A stretch of DNA of 64,000 nucleotides from Eledone cirrhosa (GCA_964016885.1 OZ024756.1:21390001-21454000), one strand, 5' to 3'; counted from the stretch's first letter, positions 13,167 through 26,422 are shown. The notes: generated from the letters alone by a model not told the origin. Translations and numbers: made by a program.

Positions 13167-13334
13167 CCGTATTTCCCGGCGCTGAAGACGCTTCGTCCTC
13201 GAGGACGCACCCTAATTTTGACAACCAAATATTTGAAAAAAACATAGTAAATAACCTTCGGCCCCCAGGACGCATGGTAGATTTTTGAGCTTATTTTAGG
13301 AAAAAAGTAGCGTCTTCAACGCCGGGAAATACGG
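13167..13334 (+). mobile_element. MITE, Tc1/mariner superfamily (Tc2/pogo-like)
   Basis: TIRs CCGTATTTCCCGGCG / CGCCGGGAAATACGG with a TA duplication on both sides; second copy at 36366-36527. Confidence 0.85.
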
Positions 13335-13399
13335 TATACTATATATTTATGTATGCATGTATTGGTCTATACATATCTATGATCATATGTATGTGTGTG

Positions 13400-13443
<44 letters not shown>

Positions 13444-13630
13444 GTTGTGGTCGTGATTTAACATGTCTGATGAAACACCTGTCAGATAATGACAAATCCA
13501 TCAGGTGTTCAGCTATGCTGTATCTAAGCTTAGATTATTTAATGTAACCTTCAGTATATTGTTGAAGATTGTAGACGGTGATTTGAAGGAAATTGAATGT
13601 CATTTCTAAAATACGTATTACTTTCATTCC

Positions 13631-13703
<73 letters not shown>

Positions 13704-13707
<4 letters not shown>

Positions 13708-13948
13708 TTTTCGTCGATATATATGTATATATATATATATATACACTGGTTTTCGTCGAGATATATATATATATATACACTGCTTTTCGTCGAGATATAT
13801 ATATATATATATACACTGCTTTTGGTCGAGATATATATATATATATATATATGTATACACTGCTTTTGGTCGATATATATATATATATATCTCGACGAAA
13901 AGCAGTATATATATATATATATATATTATATATATCGACGAAAAGCAG

Positions 13949-13989
<41 letters not shown>

Positions 13990-14016
13990 CGACGAAAAGC
14001 AGTGTATATACTTATA

Positions 14017-14047
<31 letters not shown>

Positions 14048-14062
14048 CGACGAAAAGCAGTA
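13704..14062. repeat. Inverted array of a 14-mer (CTGCTTTTCGTCGA) embedded in (TA)n
   Basis: Five forward copies are followed by four reverse-complement copies (TCGACGAAAAGCAG); the switch lies in (TA)n near 13880. Confidence 0.9.
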
Positions 14063-14227
14063 TATATATATATATATATATATATACGTGGTAATAGATT
14101 ATTGTTATAGGAGAAACAATTCTCAGCAATGAGATTAAAAACCTTTTTTTGTATAGCAAACCGTGTCACTCTTTTTTCCTGATTTATATATATATAAGAT
14201 CAAAAGATGGTTAAAAGAGTTCCATGT

Positions 14228-14296
14228 ATTTTATTATGCGCATTTCAAAAACAAATATCATCATGCAATAACACTTGTGTTTTCATCAGATAAAAT
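14228..14296 (-). ncRNA. Minimal type-I hammerhead ribozyme motif
   Basis: ATTTTAT-CTGATGA-AAACACAAGTGTTAT...ATGATATTTGTTTTT-GAAA-TGCGCA-TA-ATAAAAT; 7-bp stem I and palindromic stem III. Confidence 0.8.
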
Positions 14297-14524
14297 AAGA
14301 AGACATGATATGAAGGTTAAAAAACACTTGTGGATAGTGCAGTTTTAAATCAACATATGAAAAGTAGTTTTAGATTGATGTGTGATATTGGGAAAAAAAA
14401 AACAAAAACGTCCCATCTTTTGATCTCATATATTATGTATACTCCAGTCCTACAAACTGTAGAGTACTTCTTATCCGATATCTGCATTGCTTTATTGTAC
14501 TACAATAAAACTCACCTCCTACAT

Positions 14525-14620
<96 letters not shown>

Positions 14621-14737
14621 CGTTTTTGAATTTGTTTTGCGATATTGCTTATCTGCAAACGTGTGTTGAAACAGACATGGTTATACTTTGGGAGGGTCAT
14701 TGTTATACTTTGGCAGCATGACCCTCCCAAAGTATAA

Positions 14738-14768
<31 letters not shown>

Positions 14769-14856
14769 AACACACACATATATAATGCCTATACATACAT
14801 ACGCGCACAGATATATAGACCTATACATACATGCCCACACACTCATATATATATAT

Positions 14857-15226
14857 ATAAATTAATAAAAACAATGAATAAAAACAAAGAAACAGTTTCT
14901 TATATTAAAAAATTCATCATTTTACGATCGTTTCTAGGATATATATGTGTGTGTTGGTATGTATATCATATAGATCTATGTAAAAATTTTACAAACTATC
15001 AGAGGGAATATACATACCTACACATATATATGCTGTCTTCAGAAATCTGCATATATATGTGTAGGTATGTATATTCCCTCTGATAGTTTGTAATTTTTTT
15101 TACATAGATCTATATGATATACATACCAACACACACATATATATCCTAGAAATGATCGTAAAATGATGAATTTTTTAATATAAGGAACTGTTTCTTTGTT
15201 TTTATTCATTGTTTTTATTAATTTAT
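14857..15226. mobile_element. Palindromic element next to (TA)n, PLE pseudo-LTR-like
   Basis: Arms of ~175 bp centred near 15041; the right arm continues ~120 nt to (TA)n near 15352. Confidence 0.75.
14919..15046 (-). ncRNA. Hammerhead-like motif with a ~100-nt stem II
   Basis: ATTT-CTGAAGA-[ATATATATGTGT..GGTATGTATA / TATACATACC..ACACATATATAT]-GAAA-CGATCG-TA-AAAT. Confidence 0.6.
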
Positions 15227-15351
15227 CTTGACTCTGTTTTCCTGTGATTTTCATCGAAAATATTTTTGAATACATCTCTTTTCATGATATTTGGATTACA
15301 TTGAGCTCTTCATACGGATTGGATACTACCGTATATTTTGGTAGATTTATC

Positions 15352-15386
<35 letters not shown>

Positions 15387-16119
15387 ATATGATACTGATG
15401 CATCCATTGTCAATTTTCTACTTTCTATTACGACTGTGGGTGTGTAAATATGTTAATTTAAGAGTGTGCACAGCTGTAGTATGTTTCATTGGTTAGCATT
15501 GGATGGTCTTTTGAGGTAACCCTGTGTGTCTCAGTGACTGTTCCCTATGTTACTCAGTGAATATATGTTCATTCATGCTGAGAACCCAGCCTGTCTCAGT
15601 TCGGGGACCGATATACGCAGTGACGTGCCACATCCTACACGAGATACCTCTGATATGGCTATCATAGGATTGTCAACCAGATCAAGTCGAATCTACAGAA
15701 GTAAGCCTCGAAAATAATCTTGCTTGTCTCATAGAAAGGAATAGTTCATGCGACGGTCATCAGTTTAATTAGATGACCTCGGTGTTATAAACACCAATGG
15801 CTTCGCAGATGAGCGACTGTTAATTCAACAATAGGTTGCTACAACTACTCCAGTTAGCGGAAACAATCTATAAGTATGCAGGTCTGGCGAACTGATTATA
15901 TTCTAGCCATTAGAAAAAAAGCAAAATGAATGTTTCATCTTCGATGGAGGGATGATTCAAGAAGAACGATTGTCCTTCTGTCATTTCGTTTTACTTCCGT
16001 TTTCTGTTGGTGTTAAGCTTTATCGCAGATTTGATCCACAACAATAGGAAACCCTCTTCGTTGATTTTTAACTCCTACTCGACTCTTAATCAAGCAGGCC
16101 TATAAACAAAACACACTAC

Positions 16120-16395
16120 CTATTATCATCACATCGACGTCTTACCCATGGGATTTGCACATAGAAAGTTCCCTCCCAAGACACAAGTCCGGGTAAGGTT
16201 GTTTGTGGAAGACAAGCAGTCTCCTTTCTCCACGCCACCGATGTTGTCCAAGGGAAAGGCAAAGACCGATGCAGCTTGGCACCAATGGTGTTGCAAGTCA
16301 TTTCTACAGCTGAGTAAACTGGAGCAACATGAAATAAAGTGTCTTGTTCAAGGACACAGCGCATCACCCGGTCCGAGAATCGAACTCACAACCTC
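16120..16395 (-). mobile_element. CORE-like tRNA-derived SINE (family C)
   Basis: GTTCGATTC B box, then TGTGTCCTTGAACAAGACACTTTATTTC. Related copies lie near 22030-22220, 48668-48860, 58740-59150 and 63830-64000. Confidence 0.65.
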
Positions 16396-16494
16396 TAATG
16401 CGCCTTCATTAATTTATGGGCTTTCTTATTTAATGGGTTTTTCTTATTTTTAAAGCGGTTGGATATTTCTAGCAGTTCACATTCTTCTTGTTTA

Positions 16495-16800
16495 TGTTCT
16501 TTTTGTTGTTCTTCTTGCGTATGAGGCAGCTGCAATTATGTGATGTCCCCCGGGTGTTGTAACCAGCTGTCGGTTGTGGGATTAGGGTGTGTGAGGTCTG
16601 TATTCTCAGGTTGGTGGAGATCTGGTCATTCTCTTAGTAATTATGTTATTCAACGGACTGCTCTGCCGATCCACAAAGGCAAGCTTCTCACTGGTACATG
16701 GCTACATTGAATCAGACGACGCGTGTTCGTAGCCGATTCAGGGACAACCACTCCCTCCGAGAAAGGTTGGTGTTCGGAGGGGCGGCCGTATTGAGGTTGA
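16495..16800 (-). mobile_element. Vingi/Ingi-like LINE 3' relic
   Basis: Translates NLSRREWLSLNRLRTRVV*FN..MYQ*EACLCGSAEQSVE (LNRLRTG plus CxCG zinc knuckle); tail CATACGCAAGAAGAA. Confidence 0.65.
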
Positions 16801-16913
16801 CATTCTTTTTCTTTTTTTATTTGTTGGCTGCTCAAATCACACTCAGTTGTGTAATTTTTAACATGGTCACCTTCATGAAAATTTCTGATTTAATATGTTG
16901 AGTAAACGTTTGG

Positions 16914-17130
16914 TTAGAATGTCTCAGGAAAGAATCGTTGGACAGATTTTACGCGCAAAACCAACCGGCAAGTGACTCAGGGGTAGACCCCGAGAAAGAT
17001 GGTTGGATGACATTGATGAACTCGGTTGGTCTGGCTTGGCGATCTAGCCTGATCAGTTGCAAACGGTTGTTTTTGACAGAAACAACTGGAAGGGGTGTTT
17101 GAGGACTCTGCTTTCACGATCCTTTCAGGA
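16914..17130 (+). mobile_element. RTE-clade LINE 3' relic
   Basis: RMSQERIVGQILRAKPTGK*LRGRPRERWLDDI...DRNNWK. Confidence 0.7.
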
Positions 17131-17212
17131 ATACGTGGGCAAAGAAAAGGAAGACATTTATGCCTTATGTTAAGATAGAAAACATTGAAGATCTCATCAT
17201 CTTTGAACCTAA

Positions 17213-17355
17213 AATCGCTATTACTGAAAGGGGTCTAACTCGGCCGATGGAGAGCAAAACATCGCTATTACTGAAAAGGGTTCTAACTCGGCCGATGGAG
17301 AGCAAAAAATCGCTATTACTGAAAAGGGTTCTAACTCAGCCGATGGGGAGCAGAA
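17213..17355. repeat. Three tandem copies of a ~48-bp unit
   Basis: ATCGCTATTACTGAAAAGGGTTCTAACTCGGCCGATGGAGAGCAAAA. Confidence 0.9.
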
Positions 17356-17728
17356 AAAAATCCTCACATATATTTGCATAACTTTCAATGTTAACAATAT
17401 ATCAGATGTAAAGTACTTTATACCTGTAACGTCTTCCAGCATGTGGAAGTTTTCTACACTTGTTTATACACCAGAGAACACGATGGAACTTATGCCACCT
17501 TCATATAACCACTCCCGATTCAGAGGTGTCGCTCCCTCACATTATCCATGTTCTATCTGGACCCTCCCCACCCACAGCCACATATTGATCCTGGTGTCCA
17601 GTTCTTCCTGTCCAGACCGTCAAACCCTTGCGGGAACTCTCTCTATGCTCACGTATTTGTCCAAGTAGCAAACCTGCAACAACTTAAACAGAACATGAAT
17701 GGCACCAATCGTTGCAGCGCCAGGGAAA

Positions 17729-17802
<74 letters not shown>

Positions 17803-18538
17803 CTATGTGTGTGTTTGTGTGTGGAGGAGGGCCATGCACATTGCCCGGTTCTCCCGACCAATCAAGTAAAGCAACTCATTTGTTTTGTAAATGGAATAAG
17901 GGACGCTTGCCCTCTGAAGATCGGACAAATAGCTGTGAAACCTGTAAAAGTGAACCTCTGTCTACGATGACAATGTCAATATTTTTGACATTTACTTACG
18001 ATTCACCCAGCGAGGTTTATACGCTGAGTTACATCTGTATTAAATCTTTCACACACACATGTAAATATTCATTCATATGTACATGCACACATACATACAA
18101 GCACACATACATACATATATCTACACATGCACACATACATACATGCACACATGCATACATACACACATACATAGATATACACATGCATACATATATATGC
18201 GCATGCATACATATGTATATATATATATATACATACATAAATATATACATGCATTGATATATACATGCATACATATATAAATGAATTTATACATACAGGC
18301 ATTCATTCAGACATACATATATCCACATATATACATGCATTATATATATATGCATACATACATAAATGAATTCATACATACAGCTATTCATACAAACATA
18401 CATAGATTCGTTCATACATATATACTCATATATACACATGAGTATATATACATATATACTCATATATACACAAATATAAACATGCATTATATATATGCAT
18501 ACATACATAAATGAATTCATACAAATTTATTCATACAT

Positions 18539-18999
18539 CTATCTATCTAAGGCGGGTAAAATTCCCGAGATTCATGGACGAGTTCTCTCCAGCGGTCTCT
18601 GTCCCTCATTATCGCTGCCATGTCCTGCATCTCCAACAGACCAGTGTCTGTCCTTAGGGCATCAACATACGTTAACCTTGGTCTTCCTCTTCTAGTGTGT
18701 CCATGTAGGGACTCCCAAAGGAGTACTGAGTGCAATGTCAACTCTGGATGTCGGTGAGCATGTCCAGCTAACCTCAATCTCCTCTGTGTCACTTTTGAGC
18801 TGACCTTTGGGATGCTCCCATACAGCTCTGAGATCGGTGTGGAAGTCAGACCTTCGTAGAGACTTGAAAATCCGCCTCTTCATTGCTGTAGTGGAGTCTG
18901 TGCTGCTGTATGGGTCTGAGACTTGGACACTGACCAAGAAACTCACTCAGATGGTGGATGGGTGCTACACGAGAATGCTGAGGATGGCTCTGAACATTA
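18539..18999 (-). mobile_element. RTE-like LINE insertion with 5' inversion and 10-bp TSD
   Basis: The minus part (18547-18810) encodes PKVSSKVTQRRLRLAGH...RGRP...DRDRWR. The plus part (18808-18997) encodes upstream VESVLLYGSETWTL...MLRMALNI. TSD ATTCATACAT at 18529 and 19000; (TAGA)n tail. Confidence 0.85.
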
Positions 19000-19312
19000 A
19001 TTCATACATACAGACAGACATTCATGCATACATACACGTACATACATACACAGATTCGTTCATACATACACAGATTCGTTCATACATACATATATAAATA
19101 CAAAACATGCACGTGCATACATAACACTCAAAGCATACAGATCCACACATACAATAACATCCATACCTGCACACACGCACACGCACAGACATGCACATGC
19201 CCACACATATATCCCGAGATGCAACATTTAAGAATTCACCTGGTTCAGCATAAAATATGTATTTTACTGAACCAGACATTTTCTTCAAACAATAACTTCA
19301 AATATAATTATA

Positions 19313-19349
<37 letters not shown>

Positions 19350-19500
19350 AAATATATAAATACACATATATATACATATATATATAAATACACATATATA
19401 TACACATATATATACATATTTGATATATATATACATTCATGTGTATGCATATGTGTGTGTATGTATGTATGAACGTGTATGTATGTATAAATATACGCAG

Positions 19501-19554
<54 letters not shown>

Positions 19555-20076
19555 TTAATATATAAATACATTCATGTGTATGCATATGTCTGTATATGTA
19601 TGTATAAATGTGTATATATAAATACACACACACACACACACACACACACACGTACATATATATATATATACATACATATTTAATATATATAAATACATTT
19701 CTGTGTATGCATATGTATGTATAAATGTGTATATATAAATACACACATACACGCATCTCTCTCTCTCTCTCTCCTCTCTCTTCTCTCTCTCTCTCTCTCT
19801 CTGTCTCACCCTCTCGCTCTCGCTCTCTCTCCCGCCTCTCTCCTCTCGCTCTCTCTCTCCCCCCTCTTTCTCTACCCTCGCTCTCTATATCCCCCCCCTC
19901 TCTCTCTCTGCCTGCTTTTATCAATGAATGCTGAGAGTATAAAACAAATGTTACACAGTGAACTATTTCAATATAATGGTGATCATTATTATAAACTCCA
20001 CCATCATCATCATCTTCATCATCATTACTATTGTTATTAGAAATCAAAGAAATCCTTATAAAGAATTTATTATTAC

Positions 20077-20108
<32 letters not shown>

Positions 20109-20429
20109 GTAAATCCATCATCATTTTTATCATTACTTCAAACCCCCCTCCCCCCATTATATTCATCATCTTCACTATTATTAGAAATCATAAAGTAATC
20201 ATTATAAAGAAATCATTATTAGTATTACTGTTAATATTAGTAGTAGTAGTAGTAGCAGCAGCAGCATTTTTATCATTACTTCAGCCATCATCATCATCAT
20301 CATCAACAACAACAAGAAGCGAGAAGACATTAAGTTCAGTATTGAACATAGAATTAAATAACCTCATCTGTCTAATAAATCTATGAGTGTAATTAAAATT
20401 GCTTGTATTTATTAATTGAATTAACATTT

Positions 20430-21113
20430 ATATATATGTATATATGTGTATATATATATGTATATATGTATATATATGTGTATATGTATATATATGTGTA
20501 TATGTATGTATATATGTATGTGTATATGTGTATATATGTGTATATGTGTATATATGTGTATATGTATATATATGTGTATGTGTATATATATGTGTATGTG
20601 TATATATATGTGTATGTGTATATATATGTGTATATGTATATATATGTGTATATATATGTATATATGTGTATATGTATGTATATGTGTATATGTGTATGTA
20701 TATGTGTATATGTATGTATATATGTATATGTGTATATATATGTGTATATGTATGTATATATGTATGTGTATATATATGTGTATATGTATGTATATATGGG
20801 TATATGTATGTATGTATGTATATATGTATGTGTATATATATGTGTATATGTGTGTATATATATGTGTATATGTATGTATATATGTATGTGTATATATATG
20901 TGTGTATGTGTATATATATGTGTGTATGTGTTTATATATATGTGTATATATATGTGTGTATATATATATATGTGTATGTGTATATATATATAATATATAC
21001 ACATGTGTATGTGTATATATATATATACACATGTGTATGTGTATATATATATAATATATACACGTGTGCATGTATGTATTTATACGTGTATATGTATGTA
21101 TTTATACGTGTGC

Positions 21114-21145
<32 letters not shown>

Positions 21146-21175
21146 CGTGAGTATACATATGTATTTATACGAGTG

Positions 21176-21206
<31 letters not shown>

Positions 21207-21270
21207 TCATATACGTATGCATGTATATACCTAATATGAGTGTGTGTATATATATATATATATATCTACA
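20430..21270. repeat. Compound (TA)/(TG)/(TATG) microsatellite
   Basis: Seen directly in the sequence. Confidence 0.95.
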
Positions 21271-21720
21271 CACACATTTATTAGAATACTGTTGAAATGG
21301 GGACACCCTATATATATAAATACATATATATTTATATATATATATATATATATATATACAAACACGCATATATGTATGAATAAGGAGTCTTTATTGATTG
21401 CTCGTTCTCTCTCTCTCCCTCTCTATCTCCCCCTGTCTATCTCTCTCCTCCTCTATTTTCCCTCTCCCCCCCTCTCCCGCTCTATCTCTCTCCTCCTCTA
21501 TCTTTCCCTCTCTCCCCCTCCCCATTCTCCCCTCCCCCTCCCCTCTCCCCCCTCTCCCCATATCCCCCTCTCCCCTACCCCCTCTCTCTCCCTCTCTCCC
21601 TCTCTCCCTCTCCCTCTCCCTCTCCGCCCCCTCTCTATCTCTCTCCATTGCTTCCTACATTGAAAGTTCAATAGTGATCCTATTGTTTCTGCTTCGATTG
21701 TATTATATTTCAAATTTAAA

Positions 21721-21911
21721 GGGCGGCGGATTGGCAGTATCGGTAGAGGGTCGGGCGCCATGCTTTGAAGCATGGAGTTACCTCCCTTTATGATCTGAGT
21801 TCAAATCCCGCCGAGGTTAACTTTGCCTTTCATCCTTACGGGGTCGATAAAATAAAGTACCAGTAATGTACTGGGATAATTGCTGGCCTTGTGCCAAAAG
21901 TAGAAACAATT
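21721..21911 (+). mobile_element. Full-length SINE (family A)
   Basis: GGCGGCGGATTGGCAGTATCGG head, GTTCAAATCCC B box, conserved tail ...GTAGAAACAATT. Confidence 0.9.
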
Positions 21912-21972
21912 ATATTTAAAATTTCCATTCATGGTCTCTCTATGTTGACACAATCTCTCTTTCTTTCTTTCC

Positions 21973-22016
<44 letters not shown>

Positions 22017-22360
22017 GTGTGTATGTATGTATGCGCTTAGGTAATAGACCATTGGGCTTGTAATCGTTAGGTTGTAAGTTCAATTCTCGAACCGGGTGTT
22101 GTGTTCTTGAGCAAAACTTTATTTGGCGTTGCTTTAGTTTACTGAGCTGTAGAAATGAGTTGCCATGTCACTGGTGCCAAGCTATACCGGCCATAGCATT
22201 GCCTTTGGACAACATCGGGGCATTATATAAGTTAGATTTGGCCTTAAATTTAATATATTTTAATACTTCTCTGAGTGAATAATTAGTTTATTATTTTATT
22301 AATGTATCTTTGTCCTTATCGCCTCTTTTTCGCATTTTCTTTCCCTCATAACTTATTGAT

Positions 22361-22843
22361 TTCTTTATTAGCCACAAGGGCGCAACAAGAAAGGGGACAA
22401 TACAAAGACATGCCGGGGATTTTACATACAGTCGTGTAAAAATATAAAAACAAACAATTTCAACAATCGAAATCCCCAATAGGGGGGAGGCGCCACAAAT
22501 GGGTTGTTTAATACCCCGTCGATAGAACAACCCTCAACTCAAGGAGCGTGTTGTGCAAGTGCTCCTTTCTTCCTTTTGCTCTCTTCCTCAACCTACAGGC
22601 TTATAAACAGAGAAGGCCCAATCACTCGGGCCATTTTCGCTTCATTCACCCACCTTTCAGTAAATTTACTGGGGTGCAGTGCCTCTCTCTCCACCCTGAT
22701 TCTCCTTCTAAAGTGATACTTAAAGAATGGAATCAATTGTTGTCCGGAGAGAAAGGCATCTGTCCTCAGTCCTCTCAACCTCGTCCACCATATAACTTCT
22801 TTCACCATAGCCACCGTACAGAGGAAAACCGCCTCTCTTTCGT
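22361..22843 (-). mobile_element. L1/Tx1-like LINE 3' fragment with 22-bp TSD
   Basis: ORF end VAMVKEVIWWTR...FTERWV; AATAAA at the 3' end; direct repeat CTTTCCCTCATAACTTATTGAT at 22339-22360 and 22844-22865. Confidence 0.7.
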
Positions 22844-23223
22844 CTTTCCCTCATAACTTATTGATAGCTTATTGGCGCACACGGATAGATGTATTGTCTA
22901 TAATGCGCTGAAACATCCGAGACCCGTAGTAGACAACTAATGAAGGGAAAATGTCTATCTCTGGTGTTCCCTTAAATTTTTAACACTCGTTATCAGTAAC
23001 CACGCAGCCTCGTCCTTCTCAATCCATAAACATATATATATATAATACATATATATATATATATAATGTGTGTGTATGTATATATATATATATATATATG
23101 CATATGTAGAATACTTTGAATATATATGAATATGAAATAAACGTATTAGAAGCATGGAATGACCAAATACGTTTATTTGAATATAACCCAGCAAAGAAAC
23201 AATGCAGTCATTAAGTGTTGAAA

Positions 23224-23403
23224 ATAATTTTCTAATTTGGCACAAGGCCAGCAATTATCCCAGTGCATTACTGGTATTTTATTTGATCGACCTCGTAAGG
23301 ATGAAAGGCAAAGTTAACCGCGACAGGATTTGAACTCAGACCGCAAAGGGACGTAACTCTATGATGCAAAGCATGGCGTCCGACCCTCTACCGATACTGC
23401 CAA
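23224..23403 (-). mobile_element. SINE (family A)
   Basis: A and B boxes and body as in the other copies. Confidence 0.85.
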
Positions 23404-23653
23404 TACACATGCATGCAGGATTTCACAGCTCCAATATCATTCCTTTATATTCAGTATGTGATCTTTTCAACCTACCCACGTATATACATACATACAACCA
23501 GCCTTGTGGATTGTCTCTCTGTTGACCACTGGCCGTTGGTTTCTGTCATCTGAAGCTTTTTTGCCCAACGTTGTCTTTGACAGCATTTAGCTGTCAAGTG
23601 ATGAGTTTTCTCATTTACATATTTATTCAAATACACTCATTCATATATACTGA

Positions 23654-23937
<284 letters not shown>

Positions 23938-24314
23938 CTCCTGATTAGAAATGTAAATAAAAAAATCAATAATTTTAATATTCATTTCGTAAATCCTGTT
24001 CCGATTCAACTCGACGTACTTCTTCACTTTGTCTATCGTAAAAACCTAAATGAATTAACTAAAATAATTAATTAAATTAATTAATCATTAATTAAAAAAA
24101 TAATTAGTAATAAAACAAAGGAATGTATTAATATTATGAAACTTAATCTTATATCACCTATTACTATTATAGCTGTTACCACGATAACTACTGCCACCAC
24201 CACCACTACTATTACCACCACCACTACTATTACTACTACCACCACCACTACTATTACTGCTACCTTACTCCTCCTGCTCCTCCTTCACCCCTCCCTACTA
24301 CTACTTCTACTAGC

Positions 24315-24900
24315 TGGTCACGGTGGGATTTGAACGTAGGCCTTAGAAAGTCGTAACTAAATACCACAAAACATTTTGTCCGACGCCCTGACAATACTGT
24401 CAGTTTACTGTCGTAATAATAATTGTTTCTACTTTTGGCACAAGGCCAGCAATTACCCAATACATTACTGGTACTTTATTTTATCGACCCTGTAAGGATG
24501 AAAGGCAAAGTTAACCTCGGCGGGATTTGAACTCAGATCATAAAAGGAGGTAACTCTATGCTCCAAATCATGGCGTCCGACACTTTACCGATACTGCCAA
24601 TCCGTCGTAATAATAATTGTTTCTACTTTTGGCACAATGCCAGCAATTATTCCAGTGTATTACTGGTACTTTATTTTATCGACCCCGTAAGGATGAAAGG
24701 CAAAGTTAACCACGGCGGGATTTGAATCCGTCGTAATAATAATAATTTTTAATTTGGGCACAAGGCAAAGTTTCAAGGGAGAGGGAAGCCAATTAAATCG
24801 ACCCCAATACTTTATTTTATCGACCCCAGAAACACGAGAAGCATAGTTGCCATCAGTGACATTTGAACTCAGTGTAAAGAGTCAAAAACAAATACTATAT
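24315..24900 (-). mobile_element. Cluster of about four SINE copies or fragments in tandem
   Basis: Full copy at 24421-24605, truncated copy at 24614-24726; GTCGTAATAATAAT recurs at the junctions. Confidence 0.8.
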
Positions 24901-25699
24901 ATATCATTTGTAATCCTGTCTCCGTACTCCTGAAGAAGGGCTGAAGCCCAACACGTCGAACTTTCTTTCCTCTTTTCCATATAAAGCGTGAAACTAAGAT
25001 TTTTTGTACCTCTATTTTGTCATTTCCTTCAACCCCCTCTCTCTCTATATATATATGTATGTATGACAAAGCAAGTTTGTTTTGAAACGGCCAGAGAAGT
25101 TTGAAATTTAGTAGAAATAGCTTTCGCTGTATTTTTGACTAAAGAAATTTTAGCCTGATAGTGAGGTTTAAAACCCTCTAAAAATGGAAAAGGACTATAT
25201 ATATATATATATATATATACATACATATGTATGTATGTATATATATATATATATATATATATCTATATATTTAGAGAGAGAGAGAGAGCAACTCAACAAC
25301 AAAAATTAGAAGGGGAAGCGGCGTGCGTCAGAAATAATATTGAAACTGTCATGTCAGGAAATGTCTTTAGCAGTTATGGACTTAAAGCAATACAGGTCAA
25401 CCCAGACACTCTTTATTATTACTATTAGTGAGAGATTAATAAACAGTACCAACATTTCTTATGCCAGCTGTTTGGCCGTTAATATATTATCGATTCGGGC
25501 TTTCGCCATCGTTTTTAGCAGACGACTTATAGCGGCCATCTTAAACCAGAGGGATTTAGACAAATACAAATAGAAAACAACAATGAAGTCCAATAAAACC
25601 ACAAATACAAACCTCCAAACAATCAGTGTATGAGAAGTCAAACGATAAACCTTTATGCTTGTGTGTATGTGTGTGTGTGTGTATATATATATATGTATA

Positions 25700-25734
<35 letters not shown>

Positions 25735-26188
25735 GTGTGTGTGTGTGGAGCGTGTTGATGGGAGTGAAGCAAGTAGTATTCTTTATTTTATACCCCTTGA
25801 TGCGTTCACATAAGATTATTTCAACCTACACATCAATGCGCTTCACTAAACATAACTGCAGGCATATTCTATCTGTTTTATTTCCCAGTTTTATTCTTTT
25901 GTTTTGGTCTTTCATTTCCCCTTTCCTCACTTCCATGCATTTTCTTCCTTCCTGTCTTGCTATGCCTCTATATAGTTGTCTTTCTCTCTTTTTTCTTTCT
26001 CACTTTTTCATTCCGATATCCTGCTTTTCTTCCCCTCGTGTTCATTATTTTCTTCTTTCTTTTGCTTTAATTTCTTTTTCTTTCTTTACTTCTTCCGTTC
26101 GTCTTTGCTTCCTCTGTTTTGTATTATCATTATATTTCGACCACCTTTGAATTATTTTCTAAATAGTTTTGCTAGAGCATAAGAGAGA

Positions 26189-26256
<68 letters not shown>

Positions 26257-26422
26257 AAAACCGATAAGGATTATACACTCGCCAATACTGAGAAACACAT
26301 TCTCTCATATATACAAAGAATATCTTAACATCTTCATTTTCTCGTCTTCCGTTTATACGACTTAGCATTACTTGTTCTCATCAGATAGATAGATAGAGAG
26401 AGAGATAGGGATATATAGATAG

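Noticed and set aside
13466-13510. CTGATGA followed by an AACACCTG/CAGGTGTT stem
   Set aside because: No GAAA follows the stem and there is no stem I, so a hammerhead cannot be completed.
24926-25195. Decayed hammerhead-like motifs at 24926-24961 and ~25154-25190
   Set aside because: The GAAA or core and stem I are broken; they are plausible old family members but not individually supportable.
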